Shown here piece by piece: positions 40,311-51,294 of a stretch of DNA of 64,000 nucleotides; the first letter of the stretch is position 1; every line of letters starts with the position of its first letter. Source of the DNA: Eledone cirrhosa (taxonomy: Eukaryota); assembly GCA_964016885.1 (NCBI GenBank), contig OZ024741.1, positions 77,562,001 to 77,626,000 on the forward strand, read 5' to 3'. Under the pieces are notes generated by a model. It was given only the letters and a program-made list of their open reading frames with translations, did no database searches and was not told where the DNA came from. The translations under genes and the position numbers were made by a program.

Positions 40311-43300
40311 ATGCATCAACCTCACCCCTCCCTGCACCCCACCCACCAAACGCAATCCAAAACTTCAGAGTTGGTACTATGAATGTAGGGACCTTAAAAG
40401 GCCGCTCAAACGAGGTTGTAGAAATGCTTGAACGTAAGGAGGTCGATGTTTGTTGTAGGGGAGGGTCTGCTAGATTCATTGTGGGTAAAAAACGATGCTA
40501 TAAGCTTTTCTGGGTGGGAAATGACAATGGGCTGCGTGGGGTAGTCATCATGTTAGCAGAAAAATGGGTGGATAAGATAATAGACGTAAATAGAGTAAAC
40601 GACAGAATAATTAAAATAAGACTTGTTCTAAATAGAACTACTGTGACGATAATATCTGCGTACGCGCCCCAATCCGGACTGCCTGGCGCTATAAAAGACA
40701 CTTTCTATGAGACACTGATGCTCACTACCTCCCAAATAACCGACAGTGACTATATAATTATTGCTGGCGACCTAAATGGTCACGTTGGACAACATTGTGA
40801 TGGCTATGATGAAATCCATGGAGGCTATGGGTTTGGTACTAGAAATGAGGAAGGCTCCAGAATCCTGGAATTCTGTGACGCAAATAACCTAACAATCTGT
40901 AACACTAACTTCAAAAAACGAGACAATCACTTGATCACCTACAGATCAGGGGAACATACCAGCCAGGTAGATTATATCCTTACCAGAAGACGTGACAGAG
41001 TGACTGTTGTAAACACTAAATCCCTCCCCCATGAAGAATGCACCTCCCAACATAGACTGATAATTAGCGACCTCATAGTCAGGACGAGACGTACTCGACA
41101 GCAGAAGAGGACTATCCTCAGGAGAAAAATATGGAAGCTAAAGGACCCCACAGCCAGAAATAAATTTCAAAGAAAGCATATTACTTGATGCTTTCGACAG
41201 TAAGGAAGAACATTTAGAGTCGGACAATATAGAGGGACTGTGGGAATTCCTGAAAGCAAACCTGCTGATGGCGGCAGACGAAGTCTGTGGCCGGAGCAGG
41301 CCTATAGGCAGGAGGAGAGTAACATGGTAGTGGAACAGTAAGGTGGAGGAGTCGATTAAGGCCAAAAAGCAGGCTTGGAAAGTATGGCGGGATGGGGGAA
41401 GTAGAGAAGACTATCAAGTGGCCAGGAGGGAAGCTAGGAGACAAGTGTACTTCGCAAGAAGGGAAGCAGAAGAAAGAAAGTTGAAGCATGTTCTACAACG
41501 CGAGGACCAAAAACGTGAGGTGTTCAGGATTGCTAGGCAATGTGTCAAGGAAAACCGTGATATTGTTGGGGAGAAGTGTGTACTAAATGATGATGGCGTA
41601 CTCGCCATCACTGACGCTGATAAGAAGGTCGCTTGGAAGTGTCACTACGAGAGGCTACTAAATGAGGAGAATAAATGGGAGAAGGATAGTCTCCCCCAGA
41701 TCGATCCAATAGAGGGACCAGCAGTGTTAGTTGAAGGTAGTATAATAAGTCAGGCAATCAAAGATATGAAGACGGGTAAGGCGGCTGGGCCTTCGGAAAT
41801 AGTTGCTGAGATGCTGAAAGCCTCTGCAACGGTGAGACACACCATGGTCACCCGGATAGTAAACCAAGTCATACAGAATGGGGTTGTTCCGAAGGACTGG
41901 CGTAACAGCATCATCATTAACTGTTACAAGGGTAAAGGAGACGCCCTAGATAGGAGTAACTATAGAGGCATAAGTAATAGTGCAACTAATCAGAGAGAGA
42001 ATCGATCTAGATGAAATGCAGTTCGGGTTTGTGTCAGGCAAAAGTACCACAGACGCTCTTTTCATTGTACGACAACTACAGGAGAAGTACCTAGCTAAAA
42101 GTAAACCCCTATACTTAGCCTTTGTCGACTTGGAGAAAGCCTTCGACAGAGTCCCCCGTTCCATTATCTGGTGGGCTCTTAGAAAACTAGGTGTTGACGA
42201 ATGGCTTGTGAGAGCTATACAAGCCATGTATAAAGAAACAGTGAGCAAGGTTAGAATTAACAACGAATATAGTGAAGAGTTTAGCGTAAAAGTTGGTGTC
42301 CATCAGGGCTCTGTTCTTAGCCCCCTACTATTTATTATTGCCCTTCAGGCTATAACAGAGGAGTTCAAGACCGGCTGCCCATGGGAACTCCTATACGCAG
42401 ATGATCTAACGCTCATAGCTGAATCAATGGCCGAGCTAGAGAAGAAATTCCAAACATGGAAGCACGGCCTAGAATCAAAAGGCCTTAAAATTAACCTGGC
42501 TAAGACTAAAGTTCTAGTTTGTAGGAAAGAAAATAAGGCGCCGGTCCCTTCCGGGAAATGGCCATGCTCAGTGTGTAGGAAAGGCATAGGTAGAAACTCC
42601 ATTTTATGTCCCAAATGCAAAGTATGGGTGCATAAAAGATGTAGTGGGATCACAGGTAAGCTAACTAAGAACACAGATTTTACATGTGGCCGGTGCTCTG
42701 GTGCAATAAGTAGCAGCAAGTGCCCACAAAATACTAGCTCTTTCAATTGCGCAGAGGGTTCTATAGAAATAGTGAACAGCTTCCGTTACCTGGGTGACAA
42801 AATCAGCAGTGGGGGAGGGTGCTCTGAAAGTACAGTAGCTAGAGTCAGAACTGGATGGAAAAAGTTCAGAGAGCTTATACCACTATTAGCCGCTAAAGGG
42901 TTCTCCCTAAAAATGAAAGGCAGGTTGTATGATGCCTGCATACGAACAGCAATGTTGCATGGCAGTGAGACCTGGGCATTGTGTGCAGAGGATATACGCA
43001 GACTAGAGAGGAACGAAGCTTGCATGCTCCACTGGATGTGTAATAGTAATATACGCGAACGGCAAAGCATAAACGAACTAAGGAAAAAATTAGAAATAAG
43101 AGGGATCAGATGTTGTTTACTCGAGAGACGGCTACGTTGGTATGGTCACGTGATGCGCATGAAAGACGACAGCTGTATAGCAAAGTGCAGGGCAATAAAG
43201 ATAGACGGTAGCCACGGAGTAGGCAGACCCAGAAAAACCTGGGACGAGCTGATAAATTCCGACCTCACACACTTACACCTCTCCAAGACAATGTCACTGG

Positions 43301-43858
43301 ACCGAGACCTTTGGCGGTACTCAGTAATAGAGAAGACCCGCCTTACCTAAATACAAAGTAAAACCTACTACAGTCAGTAGGCATCTCTAACAAAATACAC
43401 CCCCGTCCCACCCACCCCACCCCATCCACACCGCCCCTTTCAATGTAAAGTTATGTTGGTGCCACAACATCCAGGCCGAAACAAATGAGATCGTGTAGGT
43501 GTCACGACAAAAAAAAAAAAAAAAAACACAGTCCACGCTGTAAATGTGGCCGTGTAGGCAACACGGTAAAAACCTCCCAGCCCCACACTGTAAATGTGGT
43601 TGGTGTTAGGAAGGGCATCCAGCTGTAGAAAACCCGCCAGACAGTCCACGCTGTAATGTGGCCATGTAGGCAACACGGTAAAAACCTCCCAGCCCCACAC
43701 TGTAAATGTGGTTGGTATTAGGAAGGGCATCCAACTGTAGAAAACCCGCCAGACAGTCCTATGCGAGCAAGACAACCACTCTTGCCTCAAGTGGGAAAAC
43801 TCCCGTCCAAACCTATGCAAGCGTGGAACATGGACGTTAAACGATGATGATGATGATG
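40311..43858 (+). mobile_element. Near-full-length young RTE LINE (APE endonuclease + RT) with a few inactivating lesions
   Basis: VGTMNVGTL..AYAPQ..IAGDLNGH..SQVDYI..SQHRL endonuclease. Frameshift ~41170, TAG ~41328, small deletion ~41973. Open RT frame 41980-43350. (GAT)n tail. Confidence 0.95.
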
Positions 43859-43922
43859 AGAAGGACCCGTCCAACCCATGCAAGCATGGAAAAGCGAACA
43901 TAAAAACCATGATGATGATGAT
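43859..43922 (+). mobile_element. Displaced 3' tail of the older RTE
   Basis: GAGAAGGACCCGTCCAACCCATGCAAGCATGG..(GAT)n is collinear with the intact end seen at 35270-35342. Confidence 0.7.
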
Positions 43923-43930
43923 ATATATAT

Positions 43931-45000
43931 ATTAATTGGCAGTAGCATTAAGGTATCATAATAGGGGCATATATAAAAACATATATGGTATGTTTATGTA
44001 CAATAAACCCATGAGAGCCTTGCTTTGAAAGAAAACATTTTTTCATTATGAAAAAAAAAATTATTTTCCTCTTTTATTTTGTGAAGATGTCACATATCTC
44101 AGTGGCTGTTGAGAATGCCAGACAGCTGTTTCAAGGTTAGTTATTCTCTCATCAGTGACATTTACTCAACCAGTACTGAGATAAAAGTATATTCATCATC
44201 ATCATTTTACGTCCGGTTTTCCCTGCTTACAAGGGTGGGACGGGAACTGATTCTGGCTTGATTTCTACAGCTGGATGCCCTTCCTAACACCAACCTCATT
44301 TACAGTGAGTGCTGGGTGCTTTTTTTCCGTGGCACCTACACGTCCACTTTACAGTGTGGGCTGGTTGCTTTTTTTGCTGTGGCACCTCCACGACCACTTT
44401 GCAGTGGAATGATAGGGACCCCAGTCCAATCATCTCATTTCTACAGTTGAGAAAACTGGAGAAATGTGAAATAAAGTGTCTTGCTCAAGGAAACAACACA
44501 TCACCAGGTCTGAGAATTGAACTTACAACCTTTCGATTGCAAGCCCAATGTTCTAACCACTAAGCCATGCGCCTTCATCTGTAGATAAATATATTTGTTT
44601 CAATATACAGCCCTATTATGCACAATGCTATCTTAGTGCTACTGCCAATTAATTATAACCAGCCAAGTTTGCACTATATGCATAAACAAGTATTTCCAGC
44701 TGATGTTTTTTATTTGTTATTTGCAAATGAGCACATCTAGCAAATGTTCAATACGCAAAATCTATATCTAGCGTATTTTCATACCAGTTGAGTGAATGTC
44801 ACTGATGAAATTAACAAATCTTGAAACAGCTGTCTGGCATTCTCAACAGCCACTGAGATATCGGTGACATGTTCACAGAACAAAAGAGAAAAAAAAAACA
44901 TTTTTTCATAACGAAAGAAATGTTTTTCTTTTATAGTAAGGCTCTCGTGTTTATTGTACATAAACATATCATATGTGTTTTCATATACACCCATATTATA
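43931..45000. repeat. Inverted repeat arms (~43960-44180 vs ~44780-45000; short arm 44585-44653)
   Basis: CTCAGTGGCTGTTGAGAATGCCAGACAGCTGTTTCAAG vs CTTGAAACAGCTGTCTGGCATTCTCAACAGCCACTGAG; ATTAATTGGCAGTAGCA vs TGCTACTGCCAATTAAT. Confidence 0.85.
44193..44575 (-). mobile_element. Full-length CORE-like SINE with RTE tail
   Basis: Reverse complement of 24468-24835, with (ATC)n tail at 44193-44205. Confidence 0.9.
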
Positions 45001-45299
45001 TACAACGAAACCCACAAAACTTGATAATTATCACTGTTCATCTCTGGTTAAACTTTACACAATGAAGCTACATCTATATTGAGAAGTAATTCATAATTTA
45101 ACCCCAGATTAGCCCTGATAGAGCAGGCCTAATCACAGGGGTTTCGGTTGAGACAATCCTACTATATTTTTAGACATTAGGACAACATTATCCAATATGT
45201 ACTTTTTTTAAGACAGTGTGATTTGACTGCTATTTCTTGTTGGATGTACAACAGAGAGGATCTCTTCATTATATCCAGTTTCTCAAACTGGACATGTAC

Positions 45300-47170
45300 C
45301 TAATGTCACTTCAGCTCCGATTCACTTTGCAGATCAGATCCCAGCTCTGACATTCAGATCTCCGTTGAGGATTTTGCTACTGCCCACCAGGACTTGTCTA
45401 AGTTGAAACTCATCAACAGGATCCCAAAGGGAGCTTGGACCAGTTTCGCCCATGTTCTCTCCAAGCTGCTGAAGAATGTCTGCCTATCCAACAACATCTT
45501 GGATTGGCAGAAACTATACTTGTTCCCCTTAGTCTCTCTCCACGTGTCCAACGTGAAATCTGAATCCCCCACATCTTCCCTAAATGACAGTTCGAGTTGT
45601 TTGATTCAACCCCAACTACTGTTTATCTCAGGTTGGTGATGATCACTGAACTTAAAGACAGCTGTCAACGCCAAACTCAATGAATTTGACATTAAAGGGG
45701 CTGTTTGCCTCTTCTCTGTCATCCCTCACCCAGTGCACTACAGATTCACTCAACTGACAGTGAAACATCTTCTGGCTCCTCCGGATGACCACTTACACTA
45801 GAACGATCCACCAGGTTATTTGCAACCTGTCTTCACCCCAGTTAACGTTAGGAAGATGATAACATCCTTTCCAGTAGGTTCTGGTGCAGGGATTGATGGT
45901 CTTTGACCTCAGCACCTCAAGGATGGCGTCTCCTTGTCGGCCAGAGACGCCAGTCTAGAGCTCTTGGAGAACCTCACCCATTCCATCAACCTGTTCTCAT
46001 CTGAGAATGTCCTTTATTATATTTGCCTTTTGTTCTTTGGGGCTACACTGTTTGGCCTCTCAAAGCCCAACGGTGAGCTTCGCCTCATAGTAGTTGGTTG
46101 CACACTGTGAAAGTATGTCTTCAATTTCAGACAACCTATCCGCCAAATTTTCTCCTATTCAGCTAGGGGTGTGTACCAAGCTGGGTTGTTAGGCTGCCAC
46201 TCATGCCATCAGAGCATTTACCAACTTGCTTTCTGAAACCCTCAAGGTCATCCTCAAACTAAATCTCAGGAATGCTTTCAATTCAATTCGTTGGGATGTC
46301 ATCCGCTGTTCAGTAAACTTTAGTGGGTGACATCCGCTCCTTTCCAACTTAGACTAGTTCCACAAGGGAACTTGATGAAGCTTTACTACAGTGGAGAGAG
46401 CTGGGTTTGTCAGTTCCCATAACTGAAGAGGATAGACGGAAGCAGAGAGTATGGGACAATCTGCATTTGAGGGAAACCTTTAGCTCTCTCTTTGATCATT
46501 CTGATCAATTTTCTAGGTGCTGCTTACTTTCTGCAAGCGCAAAGTTCTCGGGGGACTGAATTGATGCCTTGCCTGTGGCCAACATTGGTGGCATTCTTAG
46601 TTAGGACTAGCTCCATATCTCCATTGCACTTCAAGTGGGAGTCTGAGATGTCGCTGTGGTAGGTCCCTCGACTCCACAAGTTTACATGGGTTGTCCTGCC
46701 ACCTGAATGCTGGTCGCTTTGCCAAACCACACCAAGCTAAACCTAATCATCAAACAGTCCCTGGCTCAGGTATATATCCCCTCAGTTCTGGAGTTGGTTG
46801 GATTATCCAGAAGTAATAGGAAGAGACCAGACTGCCTTACCCTTTGTCACTGGGTAAGAGGTAGGTATCTCATCTGGGACACTACAGTCAGTGACTCTTT
46901 TGCTCCCTCCCACATCATGGTCACCGCAGTGAATGTGGGGTCACTGCTTCCATTGCTGAACGGAATAAAATTCGTAAATACCTGGATATATCTAGTAATC
47001 ATTTTCTCCAGTTTGTTGCGTTCGAGCCGTTTGGTGGAGTTGGGCCGCTGACAGCGAAGCTCTTGTCATCGCTTTACAGAAAATGTCCATGAAGGTGCCT
47101 GGTTGTTTCAGCGCCTTAGCCACGCCATAGCCTATGGCAATGATGCGAGCCTATTGGCTTGCCTCGAAGT
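45300..47170 (+). mobile_element. Degraded CRE-like non-LTR retrotransposon
   Basis: SFPVGSGAGIDGL.PQHLKD, FFGATLFGL.KP, QLGV, KLNLRNAFNSI, and KRPDCLTL.HW..G..LIWDTT; homologous to 7280-8620. Confidence 0.8.
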
Positions 47171-47663
47171 GTTTAGCTGACCCTTATGATGTGATGATGT
47201 GCGGCCGATTGTAGCACTTGGTGGTGAATTGATGGTCGTTTTTGCTCACCCCGCCTTTTTTTTTCTTCTTTTGTTATTTTTCTCTCTTTTATGCGTTTAT
47301 ATTTGTGTTTATCAACATTATATTTGTAATGTTCTTCTGAACGAATTGCGAGCAATTTATAATGTTATTTACGCATTTATATATATATATATATATATAT
47401 ATACACCTGAGTGTTCTTAAATTTATAATGTTATTTACGCATTTGTAATGTTAATCAGTAAAAGGAATTACGGCAAACACTGAGAGTAGAGAATATATTT
47501 GATACAGAAATGGCTCACAAATACGGTATTATGGCAGACCATTACACAAACGAAATGAATAGTAAGCTAAATCTTCCGAGACACGAAGTTTTTAACCACA
47601 TGTGGAAATAATATATGCTTATGTAAAGAAGTTAACAAATCTAATAAAATATAAGATACTTAC

Positions 47664-47766
47664 ATTTCTTAAGTTTATCTTCTATTTCTTTATGTTCTGT
47701 AAGCTTTTTTCTATAATCAGTAAGAGCTTTTTCTCGGGCACTATCTATACCGCCTGTGGTCGACAT
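47664..47766 (-). CDS. PSMC6: PSMC6 exon 1
   Basis: MSTTGGIDSAREKALTDYRKKLTEHKEIEDKLKK followed by a GTAAGT donor. Confidence 0.9.
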
Positions 47767-48784
47767 TTTTAGCTAGTCATGCAAACCGGTGTAAACCGAT
47801 ATAATTGCTATACATTTATTGTTCGCGTTAGATGTTTATTTCCCAGAATTGATACAATGATAGGCATAATTTAATTGAATAAGGAAATAAATTTTTTATT
47901 ATACCTATATATATATTTATATATATTTCTTCTTTTAAAAAAAAAAAAGAAACCAAAAAAACAACCGTTATTATCATATAGTAGTCTCGCATTCAATAAA
48001 TTTCCGGTTTGTGTATTTATTATTTTTTTTTTTTTTAAAGTTTATAGAACGAAAGTCCAATAAATGAACAACAGTTTTGTGTAAAATGTGAGTTGTATTC
48101 AGGCCTCTCTTTAGAGTATTATCAGTATACAGATTCAACCTGGAAATGATCTGGTGCTGCAAACAAGCCTAACCATAGTATGAAATGTTTCTTCACTTGT
48201 GCTATGTTAATAAAAACAATTAATATATATATAATGAAATTATTGTGTACAGTGCTCAGGTGCACTAGAACTTAACTTGAATGAGAATGCTGGAAAAACT
48301 TTGCAGAAATGCTGGACAATGGTAGTAAATGTTAGGAAAATAGTGTGAAAAAAAAAATAACGAATTACAATAGCTGTTTTATAGTTTTTAGCTACTTTTG
48401 AGTTGTATGTTACTATATTTATACACTTCTATTACCATAGATTTTTAAACGTTAAAATTACGGATGTACTTTAAACACGAGAATTAGCTTGATGCATAAA
48501 CTGTTGTAGACATTACGATAAGTATAACAAAAATAATGCAATTTCTTTAAAAAATAAAAAAGATAGAACGTTTTTTTTTATTCACAGTTGTATAATAATA
48601 TAATTGTTTCTACTTTAGGCACAAGGCCAGCAATTACCCAGTGCATTACTAATGCTTACAAAACGAAAACAGAAAGACATGATATATTCAAATATAAACG
48701 CGTAAAAGAGATAAAAGGGGCGGGGGGTCAATTAACCACTACGCTCGACAATCGGACGCACATCTCATCTTGGGGGTTAAATAG

Positions 48785-49065
48785 TTTAAGGCAGGCGAAG
48801 ACGATGATTGAGAAGCTGGGTCGTAGGGGCCTTCATGTCAACATTTCCAAATGCGAGCTCTGGATCCTCAACCACCCAGACCTCTTTACAGAGTCCTTCC
48901 CCTCCATCGCCGTTCCACCCACCATCAACGTGGTGCTCCCTCGGGCCCCCAATTACTGACCAAGACTTCGAGTCCATCTATCTAAGTTGGCTAACCCTCA
49001 AGCAACTTTTAAAAAACCTCGAAGTCATTGAGCCTCACCAAGGTTTTTTTATACTTAGGAATTAT
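48785..49065 (+). mobile_element. CRE-like RT fragment
   Basis: GLHVNISKCE..LKNLEVIEPHQGFFILRNY; homologous to 7295-7560. Confidence 0.7.
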
Positions 49066-49100
49066 TTGCCTAGCTATGTTTTTTTTTTTTGGGGGGGGGG

Positions 49101-49677
49101 GGGTTATCTTGTAGTTGCACCCGTTATATTGTTTTTTTTTTTTTATGTAATTAGGTAAGAAAGTTATTAATTAAATTTTAAATTATTTAATTTTTTTTTA
49201 TTTTTGTTAATTTTTAAAAAAATAATTTTAAGAAAAGTAAATAAGAAACAAATTATTTTTTTTTATTTTTTATTTTTGTGAACCCTACAATCCACACAAA
49301 CGGTGTGGAAGGCAGCTGGGGCTTTGCAAAGTCAAATTCCGTGTCATGAGAGGAACAAGCGAGGCACTTTTCGGCATTCACCTTTGGCGCCGTGCTATTC
49401 AGAAAAACATCTTCGGCAATATTATATATTGGATACGACATAATTATGATGTATAATAGACATTTTGGAATATTATAATTTATGTTTAAAAAATTAAAAA
49501 ATTAGCAAAAATAAAATGTTTAATTATAATTTGTTTCTTATTTACATTTCTTAAAATTGTTTTTTTTTTAAATTAACAAAAATAAAAATAATTAAATAAT
49601 TTGAAATTTAAATAATAACTTTCTTAATTACATTTAAAAAAAAAAAAAAAGTTAACGCAGGCAACTACAAGATACCC
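49101..49677. mobile_element. AT-rich MITE with ~170-bp inverted arms, inserted in the PLE
   Basis: GGGTTATCTTGTAGTTGC ... GCAACTACAAGATACCC, with arms continuing inward. Confidence 0.8.
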
Positions 49678-51170
49678 TTTTTTTGTAGTCCAAAGGAGTG
49701 GGGTGGATTATATCATAGAACGGAGCGGGATCTAACCTTCTTTATATAACTTTTTGGTCGTATTTGAGTTATATCTATTTGGAACTGGATCTGACTTGTC
49801 TCTATTGTTTTGGGTTCGAGTATCCCTATTATTTCCATTACCATTAATTGTGTGTATGATAGTGTTTATGTCTATGGTTTGTTTGTGTCTATAAGAGGGT
49901 GTGTAATTATTTTTATCTATATGCATCATCCTGGTTACCTGCTCTAGCTAATGCATTATTATTGTATCTAGCCTTACCATGGAATATTTCCCTGTTAGAT
50001 TCTCTGTGCTACACTTTTGACTATGGCCTTCTTAACGTTTCTAGGGTGGTTTGAGAAGTACCTAAAATAATTGAGGTTTTCATTTTTTTAACGCATTAGA
50101 TAAGTGTTTTCCTAGATCACATAAATACAGTCAAATCTTTAACTGGCACACAATTAAACTTTCTTACTCGACTACCAAAAGCATAGCCCAGAATATAGCG
50201 AAAATTAACAATAGAAATTTAGGGAATTAAACATAAGGAGATAACTCACAATAGCAAGCGTAGAAACACTGATAGAGTTAACAGCAACTCGAATAACAGG
50301 GATAACACCATTACCATAAGTGAGATAAACCTACGGACACACAGACACAGGGAGGGAACAATGAATTGTAATGTAAATAATTGCAATTGCAGAAATTGTA
50401 ATATTTGCCCAATGAATAATAACTGTTTAAAGGATAATATTTTTTATGAATGTGAAGTAAAAACAAGTAGTAAGTAGATATATTGGTGCAACTTCTACTA
50501 GATTTAAGAAAAGGTGCTACAACCATCGCCACTCATTTAAAAGAGCTGATAAAAGATCTAGCACGGCCCTGTCGGAACTGATTTTGTTGCTAAAAAATAA
50601 AGAAGTGGAATACTCCCTTTCTTGGCCAAAACTCTCACATGCTTTTCCATACATAAATGGATCTATATCTAGGGGCTGTGTCCTCTGACTACAGAGACTC
50701 TCCACATCATAAATAGTAGACATAAAATTATTAATAAACACTCTGAAATTTTTTATTCTTGTTTACACAAAATTAATAAGACATTTCATAGAGTCTATAG
50801 TTAAAACTTAAATAATGTTAAATAGACAACCAAATAAGTAATTCAACATTCATTAATATATAGATACATTATAACTTCAGCATCAAAGTACAAATATCTA
50901 AAATTAGAATTAGTATCTAAGTGAATAGAATCCGGTATAAAAAAAAAAAATTAAAATAGGCTAACAGTTCATACATGCCTCACTAGGAATTGAGCAACCA
51001 ATCTGGTAACTTGATACCCTAGCCAGTTCACAAGCAGCAACACCAATTGGAATATCTATCTCCCACACATAGAAATACTACTTGAAACTTTTCGGACATA
51101 CGCTTGTTGGTCGGCGAAGGGAATAACTCGTATGTCTGGTAACATCAATGGATATTTACATCTCGTGTGG

Positions 51171-51245
51171 ATTTTTGTCGGAAGAGAACACATAGGGCAG
51201 CTGTTATACAACTACCATACATCTTCGAAATGCGTATAACAAAAT
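51171..51245 (+). ncRNA. Degenerate minimal hammerhead ribozyme (PLE type), probably inactive
   Basis: TTTTGT-CGGAAGA (canonical CTGANGA), imperfect stem II 51186-51226, GAAA-TGCGT-A, TAACAAAA, then AATAAA at 51243. Confidence 0.5.
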
Positions 51246-51294
51246 AAATAGGGATGGACAAATGAAACCGTCTTTCTTGTTTATTATTATATAT

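Larger units (their letters stand above)
49066..51250 (+). mobile_element. Penelope-like element (PLE) remnant with 5' inversion, GIY-YIG endonuclease and terminal hammerhead-like motif
   Basis: Plus strand from ~50084: FFNALDKCFPRSHKYSQIFNWHTIKLSYS, CNCRN..CPM..NCL, YIGATSTRFKKRCYNHRHSF..TALSELI, INKHSEI. Minus strand ~50080 to 49066: YFSNHPRNVKKAI, YNNALARAG, YNPPHS, NIARQ. Confidence 0.85.

Noticed and set aside
50517-50741. Minus-strand 74-aa ORF and nearby exon-like splice signals
   Set aside because: Explained as the antisense of the plus-strand Penelope GIY-YIG region.
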